From: a phage | Strand: one strand, 5' to 3' | Length of the DNA: 64,000 bases | Assembly: GCA_024683775.1 (NCBI GenBank) | Contig: GCA_024683775.1_4106.1 | Shown here: positions 1 to 9,160 of the stretch, in pieces | How positions within the stretch are numbered: the first letter of the stretch is position 1 | Layout of the letters: each line of letters begins with the position of its first letter | Translations under genes and position numbers: made by a program | Notes under the pieces: generated by a model | Databases searched by the model: none | Seen by the model: the letters and a program-made list of their open reading frames with translations, nothing else | What the model was told of the DNA's origin: nothing

Positions 1-12
1 AAAAAAAAAAGC

Positions 13-41
13 TTGACAGGTAGATTTTAATTATATATAAT
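13..41 (+). promoter_or_regulatory. sigma70-type promoter (TTGACA, 17-bp spacer, TATAAT)
   Basis: TTGACA at 13-18, 17-nt spacer, TATAAT at 36-41, about 38 nt upstream of the ATG at 79. Confidence 0.55.
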
Positions 42-78
42 TATCACATACCCAAAATCACAAAAAAAGACAAATAAA

Positions 79-1188
79 ATGCCAAAAGTAAGTATCGACA
101 AAGAAAAATTCATTGAAGAGATGAACAACAAGTATGGAACATATGGTGAATTTGATTTCAGCACTTTAGTATTCAAAGCAAGTAAGACAACAGTTAAATG
201 TAATAAATGCGGAAAAGAAAATACTAAACCTGCACTACGTCACATTTCATGTACATGTGCTTCATGTTATTCAAACATGTCACAGCGTTCGAACAACGAA
301 AAATTTATCAGTACTGTAGAAACTAAATTTGGAAAAGATAAATTCAAATTTGATAAACTAAATTACACTAATGCTATATCAAAAGTAACAATTTTCTGCA
401 CAGATGAAGAGCATAATGATTACTTTGAAATTACACCAAACAAATTTCTTACTGGTAAGGGTTGTCCTGTATGTAATAAAAATGAAGCATACAGTACTGA
501 AGAATTCGTAGAAAAAGTAAAAGAAAATTATGGAAATGACAAATTTGACTTCACGAATACAATATACATTAATCAAAAGAGTAAAGTTGTTGTATACTGT
601 AACGATGGATGTCACTTTTGGGAAGTAGACCCAAAAACTCTATTAGTTGGAAAAACAGGATGTGGTAAATGCTCAGGGAAAGGTGGTCGAAGTAACGATG
701 AATTCATTTTTGAAGCAAAACGTATTCATGGTGATAAGTATGACTATAGCACTGTTGATTATGTTAGTAGTTTAATTTCAATTGACATCAGATGCCCTAC
801 TCATGGAGTATTTAAACAATCACCAAAATCACACATTTTTGGTCGCGGATGTCCTCGTTGTGGAAAGTACGGATATCAATCATCTAAACCTGGATATTTC
901 TATGTTCAGAAACTAACTAACAAAGATAAGACTGTATACAAATATGGAATTACTGGTGATATGAAGAGACGATTACATGAACAAAGTCGTGACTCTGAAT
1001 TTGAACATGAAGTACTCGTCGAACGTTACTTTGAAGATGGTCATAAACCATTAGTACTGGAAAAGTTTTTGAAACAATATATTGATAGTGGTGTTGTAAG
1101 TACTGAAGAGTTACCATCAGGATTTACTGAAACTTTTGATGCTAAGTATCTTGAAAGTGTTTTGGAAATCGTAAATACTTTTAAGTAA
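79..1188 (+). CDS. Zn-ribbon tandem-repeat protein with C-terminal T5orf172 (GIY-YIG-like) domain
   Basis: Four ~50-aa repeats each with K(Y/F)G.DKFDF and paired CxxC motifs; C-terminus YKYGITGDMKRRLHEQ resembles the T5orf172/MUG113 core. Confidence 0.55.
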   Translation: MPKVSIDKEKFIEEMNNKYGTYGEFDFSTLVFKASKTTVKCNKCGKENTKPALRHISCTCASCYSNMSQRSNNEKFISTVETKFGKDKFKFDKLNYTNAISKVTIFCTDEEHNDYFEITPNKFLTGKGCPVCNKNEAYSTEEFVEKVKENYGNDKFDFTNTIYINQKSKVVVYCNDGCHFWEVDPKTLLVGKTGCGKCSGKGGRSNDEFIFEAKRIHGDKYDYSTVDYVSSLISIDIRCPTHGVFKQSPKSHIFGRGCPRCGKYGYQSSKPGYFYVQKLTNKDKTVYKYGITGDMKRRLHEQSRDSEFEHEVLVERYFEDGHKPLVLEKFLKQYIDSGVVSTEELPSGFTETFDAKYLESVLEIVNTFK

Positions 1189-1211
1189 ACAACCATAAGG
1201 AGTTGACACGG

Positions 1212-1562
1212 ATGTTAACTGTATACATTTTTAAGAAAGAAGAGTACTTAAAGAGTCAGTACTCAAAAATTGAGATTAACGTTCCATACGGGACTTTAGT
1301 TGGTTATGATGAAGCTAGTGAAACTTTGTATTATAATGATGATAGACTGGACTATAGTATTGATTCATTTATTGAAGACATACTTGATAGTAACACTGAA
1401 GATATGTTATATGAAGAATACTTAGATAAGTACAAAGAACGTATGTCAAAGTTACATGCTGATGCTCCAGTACTGAACATTTCAAAAACTCCTTCTGAAT
1501 TCGAGCCACAAAACCCATTCCAACGCCTAATTGATGCTGGGGTAAATTTCCGAATTACTTGA
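1212..1562 (+). CDS. hypothetical protein
   Basis: ORF with AAGGAG 9 nt upstream of ATG 1212 (track start 1203 is TTG). Confidence 0.45.
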   Translation: MLTVYIFKKEEYLKSQYSKIEINVPYGTLVGYDEASETLYYNDDRLDYSIDSFIEDILDSNTEDMLYEEYLDKYKERMSKLHADAPVLNISKTPSEFEPQNPFQRLIDAGVNFRIT

Positions 1563-1601
1563 TTAATAAATATCTTCATATTACTGATGGAGATATTTTC
1601 T

Positions 1602-1910
1602 ATGTCACAGATATGTTATGTTATAGTAAATGATGCGTGGCCTGATTATGTTAAGATAGGATTTACCAGTAAATCTGAAATGACAGAACGTTTAAGGACA
1701 TATCAAACTGCTACACCTTTTAGAGATTTTGTGGTATACCATGAAGTACACTTTGAAGATGCACGTTTAGCAGAGAAAGAAATTCACAAAAGACTAAAAC
1801 AAATGAACGCAGTAAGGCAACCTAACACCGAGTGGTTCAAGATGCCTAAGAAGATAGCAGCGAACATCGTTGATTCTGTTCTTGACGATATGGAAAACGA
1901 CTTGCTATAG
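1602..1910 (+). CDS. T5orf172 / GIY-YIG-like domain protein
   Basis: YVKIGFTSKSEMTERLRTY motif; GGAG 9 nt upstream of ATG 1602. Confidence 0.5.
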   Translation: MSQICYVIVNDAWPDYVKIGFTSKSEMTERLRTYQTATPFRDFVVYHEVHFEDARLAEKEIHKRLKQMNAVRQPNTEWFKMPKKIAANIVDSVLDDMENDLL

Positions 1911-1922
1911 TAATAAATATAG
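1911..1922 (+). promoter_or_regulatory. late-promoter-like element (ATAAATA core)
   Basis: taATAAATAtag about 33 nt upstream of the tail-fibre ATG; resembles T4 late -10 TATAAATA. Confidence 0.35.
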
Positions 1923-1951
1923 TATATATTAATCATTAAAGGGATTTATAC

Positions 1952-3580
1952 ATGAGCATAAGTTTTAATAACCCACTGGATACTATGACTAGTACTGGTG
2001 CTAATGGATCTTTAGAACTAATAGTGCTTGGTGGTACACCAACTAATCCAAGACCTATTCGTTTTAATTCATCTTCTGTCATTTTACCAGTACAGGCATT
2101 GCCAGCAGGTGAGCAAGGTGCTATGGTATTTGATAGAAATGAGTTGGTGTTAAAATACCACAACGGGACAAGTTGGATTGCAGTATACGATACTGATACA
2201 ATTCTTGAACCAATCCGTATTTCACTCGATGAAGTGAACCGTAAACTGAATTTAAAAGTTGAAACAGTAACATATAGTAGTAGTGCTGTTCCAAGTGCGA
2301 GCATTAGTGGTACGAATTTAAATATCGTATTCCCTATTCCATCAAGTAGCGGTACTGGCCCAACAGGTCTTTATACTTCAATGAAGCCTGGTGCAATTAC
2401 CCAGTACTCATTGACTTCTGGACAAACTGTTGCTAGTATTCGTGAACAGATGTCTGGAGTAACCAATGGTCAAAGTGGTCGTAATGGTTCACAAGGTTCT
2501 CCGTGGAAAACATCTGATGGTTGGTGTTTTGCTGATGGAATGTGGTGGACATGGGATGGTGAAAATGGTACAATCACAAAACAAGTTCCAAATCTTAACC
2601 AAGAAGCATACTTGAAAGGTATTACCACATCAGGCGTAACTAAAACTGATAGTGTGATTGCAAGTAGTGCATCAATTAGTGGTACTGCGATATCAATTGA
2701 ACAACTTCCACCGCACTCATTTAGTTTCAGTGGAACTACTGGTGCTGCTGGTCGTCATAGTCATAGCCAAGCACTAAAAGGTATGGACAGAAGTGGTCTT
2801 AATGCGTTAACATCCAGTAACGACAACGGAATCCCAACTGTAATTAATAACATTAACGAAGCACCTAATCACGTGCATAGTTTCAGTGGTTCAACCAATA
2901 CCGTTGGTAGTGGACAAGCACATACCCACGGAATTAGCAATATTGACGTACCACACTTTAATGTGGCATACTTATATAACATTGCTGAGTCTAACGTTGC
3001 ATTGAGTGAAAAAGTTGCAAACACTCGTTATGTACTTAAAACTGGTGATACAATGTCTGGTTCATTGAGTATCGCAAACAGTGCAACAATTCGTTCGAAT
3101 GATACTTCATTAGTACTTTACTTCCGTAACGCGGCAGGAACTACTGAACGTGCAGCAATTTATCACAGTTCATCAACAAATACATTACGTTTGAGAAGTA
3201 ATGGTGGTTCTGAAGTTACAATTAACTCTTCTGGTGTACTTTATGCTCCATCAGTAACTGGTGCATCATTGTCTATTTCTGGAAACACAGCAACTGTTGC
3301 TAGTAAAAACATCGTCAGATCTATTAACGGTAACAACGCTGATGCAAGCGGTAACGTAACTTTAACACTGGGTGCTGTACAAGATGTTCGTTTAAGTAAA
3401 AGAACATCTACGCGAAGTGTTCCTGATTCTTCTTGGATCTATGCACCAGAAGGTGCTACGCTTGATGGGTTGTTTATTTCCGTAAATGGGAGTTCTGGTA
3501 CACACGTTGAAGGTTATAGTTGGAGATATACACAAAAATTAGTCAATGGTGTATGGACTAACGTAGTAGTGGAGTCTTAA
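1952..3580 (+). CDS. tail fibre protein
   Basis: Ser/Thr/Gly/Asn-rich 542-aa protein with HSHS, HVHS, HTHG His-x-His motifs and LKTGDTMSGSL motif typical of phage tail fibres. Confidence 0.6.
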   Translation: MSISFNNPLDTMTSTGANGSLELIVLGGTPTNPRPIRFNSSSVILPVQALPAGEQGAMVFDRNELVLKYHNGTSWIAVYDTDTILEPIRISLDEVNRKLNLKVETVTYSSSAVPSASISGTNLNIVFPIPSSSGTGPTGLYTSMKPGAITQYSLTSGQTVASIREQMSGVTNGQSGRNGSQGSPWKTSDGWCFADGMWWTWDGENGTITKQVPNLNQEAYLKGITTSGVTKTDSVIASSASISGTAISIEQLPPHSFSFSGTTGAAGRHSHSQALKGMDRSGLNALTSSNDNGIPTVINNINEAPNHVHSFSGSTNTVGSGQAHTHGISNIDVPHFNVAYLYNIAESNVALSEKVANTRYVLKTGDTMSGSLSIANSATIRSNDTSLVLYFRNAAGTTERAAIYHSSSTNTLRLRSNGGSEVTINSSGVLYAPSVTGASLSISGNTATVASKNIVRSINGNNADASGNVTLTLGAVQDVRLSKRTSTRSVPDSSWIYAPEGATLDGLFISVNGSSGTHVEGYSWRYTQKLVNGVWTNVVVES

Positions 3581-3581
3581 T

Positions 3582-4100
3582 ATGAAAACATATACACATT
3601 TCAAAAAATATATCCCAGTAGAAAAGAAACATGGAGATAATGTTCTTTATCTATTGTCAGATGAGGGTGTTGACTGGTATGATTGTCAAAACGAATTCAG
3701 ACAAGATACTTTAAAAGTTCAGTACTCTGACGATGGATATATTGCACAAGCATCATATGATGTAACATTGTTAGTACCGTATGGATACAGTGTTTCTGAG
3801 TTGGAGCATGATGGAGATGAAGATGAAGTAGTTGGTAAAATCTATGATGGAAGTAAAATTTCTGATTATGTTGAATCTACTGATGAAAAGATCAAACGTC
3901 TATCATCTGAGCACCAAGAATTAAGAACCGTAGCAATTAATGAGTTGAATAACATTAAGATGGCGATAGATCTTGAGGTAGCAACTGATTATGAAATAGA
4001 ACTGTTTCCTAAGTTGAAAGCATATGTTCTTGAGCTATCATCTCTAACAACATCTGAATTTAGTAAGAAGAAGTTTTCGTTCCCTGTTAAACCTGTTTAA
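3582..4100 (+). CDS. hypothetical protein, possible tail-fibre assembly/chaperone (by position only)
   Basis: 172-aa acidic ORF immediately downstream of the tail-fibre gene. Confidence 0.3.
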   Translation: MKTYTHFKKYIPVEKKHGDNVLYLLSDEGVDWYDCQNEFRQDTLKVQYSDDGYIAQASYDVTLLVPYGYSVSELEHDGDEDEVVGKIYDGSKISDYVESTDEKIKRLSSEHQELRTVAINELNNIKMAIDLEVATDYEIELFPKLKAYVLELSSLTTSEFSKKKFSFPVKPV

Positions 4101-4108
4101 AAGTTTTT

Positions 4109-4138
4109 TTGGAACAAAATCGTAAGTAGTGATACAAT
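4109..4138 (+). promoter_or_regulatory. promoter (TTGGAA, 18-bp spacer, TACAAT with TG extension)
   Basis: ttggaaCAAAatc box at -35 and tgaTACAAT; member of the GAGACAAAC-box promoter family. Confidence 0.45.
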
Positions 4139-4141
4139 GTA

Positions 4142-4177
4142 GTCATCTTACAGAGGTTGTGAGATGACATTTTTTTT
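4142..4177 (+). terminator. hairpin plus T-run (terminator or attenuator)
   Basis: GTCATCT / AGATGAC 7-bp stem at 4142-4148 and 4162-4168 followed by TTTTTTTT 4170-4177. Confidence 0.45.
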
Positions 4178-4201
4178 CAAAACACATGGAGAAGCAAACA
4201 A

Positions 4202-4507
4202 ATGGCAAAAGCTAAAAAAGAAGTTAAAGTTGAAATTCGTGACCTAAATGATGAACAACGTAAACGTCTAGGTGATGCACTAAACAACGCAGTAGTACAA
4301 CTTACTTTTATTGACGACACCAAAGCATCCTATGCAGATTTCATTAGTTCCATCTCTGATGAACTAGGTATTGATGCATCCGATATCAAACAAGCCGCTC
4401 AACGTATCTACAAAGGCGATTACTTTGATAAACAAAACAAACTCGATAATATCGAAACTATCCTAAGTGTTACTAACAATTTGCCACAAGCAGATGACGA
4501 TTACTAA
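4202..4507 (+). CDS. hypothetical protein
   Basis: 101-aa ORF with GGAG upstream. Confidence 0.45.
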   Translation: MAKAKKEVKVEIRDLNDEQRKRLGDALNNAVVQLTFIDDTKASYADFISSISDELGIDASDIKQAAQRIYKGDYFDKQNKLDNIETILSVTNNLPQADDDY

Positions 4508-4531
4508 TAAGTACTAAAAACTAAACTTTAT

Positions 4532-4560
4532 AGCCTCCAATGAATGGGGGCTTTATTTTT
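4532..4560 (+). terminator. rho-independent terminator
   Basis: AGCCTCCA/TGGGGGCT stem followed by TTTATTTTT. Confidence 0.5.
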
Positions 4561-4589
4561 AACTTAATAAACGTAAAGGAATACAAACG

Positions 4590-7500
4590 ATGTATATCGA
4601 TGCTTATATGGAACGTAAACGTACTGGTGATATTTTGCACGTAGCAGAACGTAAAAACGGTAAACGTATTCTACGTCAGTTGGACCCAGTATATGAATAT
4701 TATGTTGAATCTCCTACTGGTGAACACAAAACAATTTATGGAACTAACGCAAAGCATTTGGAGTTTGAAACTCAATCACAGATGAATAAAAGCGTTGAGC
4801 AACATAAAAATGAAGGTCTACGTATTTTTGAAAGTGATTGCAACATTACCTTCAAAACGTTGGCTAGAGAATACATGGGTAAAGGTTCGCCGGATTTGAA
4901 CGTAGCATTTTTCGATATCGAAACAGACTTCCATAAGAAGTTTGGTTATGCTCCACCATCAGATCCATTCAACCGTGTAACTGCAATTTCTCTATATCAA
5001 TCATGGACTGGTAAGGATTATGTACTGACTTTGCCACCAACTGATATGGAAATGTACGAAGCACAAGATATTGTTCGTCAGTTAAACGAAGAAACTAACG
5101 ACCCTAACAGTACTGTCATCCTTTATACGGATGAGAAAGAAATGTTTATGGAGTTCTTTAGTCTAATCGATGACTCTGATGTAATTTCAGGTTGGAACAG
5201 TGAATTCTTTGATATTCCATATATGGTCAACCGTACCAAGAAAATCTTCAACGAAGCAACTACTGCTCGTTGGTGTTTGTGGAATAAAAAACCAAATGCT
5301 CGTGAAGCTGATAACTTTGGTAAAACTGTAGTAACATATGATCTTATTGGTCGTGTACACTTAGACTATCTTGCTCTTTATAAGAAACATGCTGGTCAAG
5401 TTGAACAGTCGTACAAACTAGATTATATTGCTGAAAAGGTAACTAAAGAAAACAAAGTATCCTATGAAGGTTCATTGGATAAACTATACCGTGAAGATTA
5501 TATTACATTCTTGCGTTATTCTAAGCAGGATAGTATTCTTCTAAAGAAAATTGATGCTAAATGTGACTTTATCAACCTGCACAACCGTCTTGCTCATAAA
5601 GAATGTGTACTAATTAGTACTACAATGGGTTCGGTTGCACTAATCGACACTGCTATCATCAACCTTGCTCACAGTCGCGGTGAAGTTGTTTTTAACAAAG
5701 CACCGAAAGATGATATTGAGATAGATCCAGAGATGGAGTACTATGGTGAAGAAGGTGATGAAGAAGATGAGAAAATCAGTGCAAAAGCTGCTGGTGCATG
5801 GGTTCAAGATCCAGTTCTTGGCCTTGTTAGCGATTTGGGATGTACAGACTTTAACTCATTGTATCCAACTGTACTACGTACACTTGGCATGAGTACTGAA
5901 TGTATTCTTGGACAACTTCGTCAAGACTACACTGATGCATATCTTGCTGCTAAAGTACAAGAGCAAAAAGCTAAATCCAAATCTAAAGCGTTTGAACCTG
6001 ATTGGACCGCTGCATGGCATGGTTTATTTGCTGCTGTAGAATTTACAATGGTTCATGAAAAATCTGACAAAACTTTGATTGTTGATTTAGAAGATGGTAG
6101 TTCGTTCAATGCAACTGGTAAAGAATTGTATGATATTATCTTTGCTGAAGACAGTACTATTGTACTAAGTGCTAACGGAACACTTTTTGATAAGTCTAAG
6201 TATGGTGTAATTCCAGATATTCTTACTCAATGGTATTCTGAGCGTAAAGCACAACAAAAAATGGTAATCGACTACAAACACATGTACAGTGATGGGTGGG
6301 AATTCAATGGTTCTGAGAAGGTTGAACCTTTGCTATCTAACTACACAAGTGGTACAATGTTCCGTACAAACTTACATGACAATGATCCTGTTTATCTATT
6401 ACGTATTGCTATTGGTAAAGGTCAATGGGAAGAAGTTGCAAAACTCATTGTGGAAAATGGTTTAGTACTGAAAGATGGTCGTATTTTCTGTGCAACGGAA
6501 GATAAGAATTACTTCAAACAGCAAAGTGCATTCTGGAAACAGAACCAGCAAATTCGTAAGATTCTTCTAAACAGTCTATATGGTGCACTATTGAACAAAG
6601 GTTCACGTTTCTTTGATAAGCGTTTAGGTCAGTCCGTTACCTTAACTGGTCGTTCTATGACTAAACATATGGCAAGCCGTATCAATGAAATCACTACTGG
6701 TGTTTATAATCACCAAGGTGGCTCTGTAATTTACGGTGATACTGACTCCGTTTACTTCAGTGTAACTCATTACCTGAAAGAACAAGGTATTCCATATAAT
6801 CTTTCTAAAGAAGAAATTGTTGACATGTATATCAAAATCGGTGATGAAGTTGGTGAATCATTCCCTTCATTCATGAACGAAATGTTCAATACTGGTATTG
6901 AGAAAGGTAAGATTGTTGGTGCAGACCTAGAGATGGTCGGTTCCCGTGGTCTATTCCTGAAGAAAAAGCGTTATGCAATTCTCAAGTACTGGGAAGATGG
7001 TTTCCGTAAAGATGTTGATGGAAAGCCTGGTGAAATTAAAGCGATGGGTCTTGAAATTAAACGTTCAGATACGCCAAAATACATCCAGAACTTCCTAGAA
7101 GAGACTCTAATTGCATTGCTGGTGGGTGAGTCTGAAGCTCAACTTAAACAGCGTGTACGTGACTTTAAAGAGGTATTTAAAGACATGCCTGTACACGAAA
7201 AGGGTTCACCGAAAACTGTTAAGAACTATACCAACTTAGAAGCAGAATATGAAGTTTCTGGTAAATGTAAAGTTGGTCACGTATTAGCAGGTATTCAATG
7301 GAACCGTCTACGTGAAGTATATGATGACAAAACTGTACCTGAAGTAACTGACGGTACAAAAGTAATTGTATGTAACTTAAAAGATAACCCGATGGGTATT
7401 AAAGCAGTAGGTTACCCAATTGACTGTGTGGAATATCTACCTGAATGGTTCTTAGAACTACCATTTGATACAGAGAAAATGGAAGAAATAGTTCTAACTA

Positions 7501-7595
7501 AAAAATTAGAAAACATTTTTGGTATTCTGGATATGGATATTGGTATTCATGAGAAAAGCACAGCAGCCGTTAATAACGGATTCTTCACCTGGTAA
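4590..7595 (+). CDS. DNA polymerase, family B (T4 gp43-like)
   Basis: 1001 aa; exonuclease motif FFDIETD, polymerase motifs KILLNSLYGAL and YGDTDSVYF. Confidence 0.9.
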   Translation: MYIDAYMERKRTGDILHVAERKNGKRILRQLDPVYEYYVESPTGEHKTIYGTNAKHLEFETQSQMNKSVEQHKNEGLRIFESDCNITFKTLAREYMGKGSPDLNVAFFDIETDFHKKFGYAPPSDPFNRVTAISLYQSWTGKDYVLTLPPTDMEMYEAQDIVRQLNEETNDPNSTVILYTDEKEMFMEFFSLIDDSDVISGWNSEFFDIPYMVNRTKKIFNEATTARWCLWNKKPNAREADNFGKTVVTYDLIGRVHLDYLALYKKHAGQVEQSYKLDYIAEKVTKENKVSYEGSLDKLYREDYITFLRYSKQDSILLKKIDAKCDFINLHNRLAHKECVLISTTMGSVALIDTAIINLAHSRGEVVFNKAPKDDIEIDPEMEYYGEEGDEEDEKISAKAAGAWVQDPVLGLVSDLGCTDFNSLYPTVLRTLGMSTECILGQLRQDYTDAYLAAKVQEQKAKSKSKAFEPDWTAAWHGLFAAVEFTMVHEKSDKTLIVDLEDGSSFNATGKELYDIIFAEDSTIVLSANGTLFDKSKYGVIPDILTQWYSERKAQQKMVIDYKHMYSDGWEFNGSEKVEPLLSNYTSGTMFRTNLHDNDPVYLLRIAIGKGQWEEVAKLIVENGLVLKDGRIFCATEDKNYFKQQSAFWKQNQQIRKILLNSLYGALLNKGSRFFDKRLGQSVTLTGRSMTKHMASRINEITTGVYNHQGGSVIYGDTDSVYFSVTHYLKEQGIPYNLSKEEIVDMYIKIGDEVGESFPSFMNEMFNTGIEKGKIVGADLEMVGSRGLFLKKKRYAILKYWEDGFRKDVDGKPGEIKAMGLEIKRSDTPKYIQNFLEETLIALLVGESEAQLKQRVRDFKEVFKDMPVHEKGSPKTVKNYTNLEAEYEVSGKCKVGHVLAGIQWNRLREVYDDKTVPEVTDGTKVIVCNLKDNPMGIKAVGYPIDCVEYLPEWFLELPFDTEKMEEIVLTKKLENIFGILDMDIGIHEKSTAAVNNGFFTW

Positions 7596-7605
7596 GGAAA
7601 ATATT

Positions 7606-7746
7606 ATGATTATTGCAGACGAAACTAAACTAAAATATGACGAAGTAAATGACGTATTCTCTGATGAATCACTGGCACTGTCTGAGGACAGTGTTAACGA
7701 GGCGTGGGAACAGTACGTTTTATGGAGTGCATCCCAAGGAGAGTAA
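7606..7746 (+). CDS. hypothetical small protein
   Basis: 46-aa ORF starting at ATG 7606 just after the polymerase stop; the track ORF from 7519 overlaps the polymerase. Confidence 0.3.
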   Translation: MIIADETKLKYDEVNDVFSDESLALSEDSVNEAWEQYVLWSASQGE

Positions 7747-7747
7747 T

Positions 7748-8050
7748 ATGGAAAATATCTATAAGCGTGTTGGTGCAGTACTGGAAGATAGTACTATCGT
7801 AAATTCAGTACTTGCATACAATAATGATGATGAAGTTGTTCTAATGTCTGCTGGTTTCACCAGAACTGGTTCTGTTGAAATTGACGGTGAGATTGTTGAC
7901 GTCTATTCTATTGAAAAGAAACGCAAAGTTGTCATTGTTGAAGATGTTAACACGTTAAAAGACTTAGAACATCTACGTTACAAATTCAACATTGGTGCAG
8001 GTGCAAACGCTGATAAGCCGTACCTTAAACGTTGGAACACAAAATACTGA
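7748..8050 (+). CDS. hypothetical protein
   Basis: 100-aa ORF from ATG 7748. Confidence 0.4.
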   Translation: MENIYKRVGAVLEDSTIVNSVLAYNNDDEVVLMSAGFTRTGSVEIDGEIVDVYSIEKKRKVVIVEDVNTLKDLEHLRYKFNIGAGANADKPYLKRWNTKY

Positions 8051-8057
8051 TAAAAAA

Positions 8058-8087
8058 TTGAGACAAGCATCATTCACGAGATATAAT
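8058..8087 (+). promoter_or_regulatory. promoter with GAGACAAAC-type -35 box
   Basis: ttGAGACAAgc at 8058-8068, 18-nt spacer, TATAAT at 8082-8087. Confidence 0.5.
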
Positions 8088-8154
8088 GGTGCTTGTAGTA
8101 ATCTGAAGCATACAAAAACATTTTTGATTAACAAATAAAACGGAGAATTATATA

Positions 8155-8886
8155 ATGGATCTACGCAACGTACTACGTGACCTAGTTAACACTACCAACG
8201 GCATCGACTTTTCTTGTATCGCAGTTAGCAGTGAAGACCGTGGTGATGGACAGCGTGTTTACATGGAAGCATACACCGATGACCGCACCCTAGTTATGCG
8301 TGCTCACACTAAAGAAGACGTACCAGAAGTTCAAGGTCGTTTTGGTCTTGGTAACCTAGGTCTTCTACAGGGTCTAATGTCTCTAAAAACTTATAGTACT
8401 GAAGGAACTACTATCACTTCTAATTTGAAAGATGGTGCAGTTAAGAGCCTAGCATTCAAAGCAGAAGATGCAAGCACTACTTTCATGGTTCAACCAGAAA
8501 AACTAATTCCAGCCCAGCCTCGTTTCCACGAACAACCATATGACGTACAGGTTACACCTAGTGCAGCTAAAGTTCAGGAACTAAAAAGCTTCTCTGGTGT
8601 GTTTAAATCTTTCAGTTCTCTAGTAACTCCATACACTGAAGGTGATACTCTTTACTTCCACGTTGGTGAGAAGAACAAAAGTAACCACGTTGGTGCACTA
8701 GCATTCTCTAAAACTGAAGGTGAACTAGGTCTTGGTTTTGGTTATAACATTGACCGTGTTCTACAAGCTCTATCCCGCGTTTCTAACGCAGAATCTGTTA
8801 CCCTTGGTATTACCAAAACTGGTATGCTAAACGTAACTCTAGACACTGGTATTGCGGTATACAAGATTTACGTAACAGGTTGCTAA
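8155..8886 (+). CDS. sliding clamp (T4 gp45-like)
   Basis: 243 aa; NVLRDLVNTTNGI and FGLGNLGLLQGLMSL align by eye with the T4 gp45 N-terminal region; highly biased codon usage; position near polymerase. Confidence 0.55.
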   Translation: MDLRNVLRDLVNTTNGIDFSCIAVSSEDRGDGQRVYMEAYTDDRTLVMRAHTKEDVPEVQGRFGLGNLGLLQGLMSLKTYSTEGTTITSNLKDGAVKSLAFKAEDASTTFMVQPEKLIPAQPRFHEQPYDVQVTPSAAKVQELKSFSGVFKSFSSLVTPYTEGDTLYFHVGEKNKSNHVGALAFSKTEGELGLGFGYNIDRVLQALSRVSNAESVTLGITKTGMLNVTLDTGIAVYKIYVTGC

Positions 8887-8896
8887 TATAAATAAT

Positions 8897-8924
8897 GGGG
8901 AACATGGAGTTCCCCAAATTTTTG
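8897..8924 (+). terminator. rho-independent terminator
   Basis: GGGGAAC-ATGGA-GTTCCCC hairpin then T-run. Confidence 0.6.
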
Positions 8925-8952
8925 ATTTAAAAATAAGTAAAGGAAGACAAAA

Positions 8953-9159
8953 ATGCCATTATATACATATCGTTGTGAAAAAGAAGAATGTAAACACAGT
9001 TTAGAAAAGATTGTAAAAATTGCCAATCGTGAAGAACCTCATGATTGTCCTCAATGTAATGGTGAAAAGACTATGAAGTTGGAAGTTTTTACCCCTGGTG
9101 ATAAAGGTGCTAATCTTTATTTCCGTGGTAAATGGTTTGCAAACACTGGAGGTTACTGA
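8953..9159 (+). CDS. FmdB-like zinc-ribbon protein
   Basis: MPLYTYRCEKEECKH...CPQCNG pattern typical of FmdB-family Zn ribbons. Confidence 0.5.
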   Translation: MPLYTYRCEKEECKHSLEKIVKIANREEPHDCPQCNGEKTMKLEVFTPGDKGANLYFRGKWFANTGGY

Positions 9160-9160
9160 T

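Noticed and set aside
379-615. Minus-strand ORFs lying wholly inside plus-strand genes (e.g. 379-615, 1352-1579, 1936-2304, 9199-9411, 14596-14787, 21411-21863, 34303-34572, 49727-50303, 58469-59116)
   Set aside because: They are antisense to well-supported genes, lack RBS and have low-complexity or atypical composition; they look like frame shadows.
7519-7605. Track ORF 7519-7746 as a gene overlapping the polymerase C-terminus
   Set aside because: The first 29 codons overlap the polymerase in another frame; the likely start is ATG 7606 after the polymerase stop.
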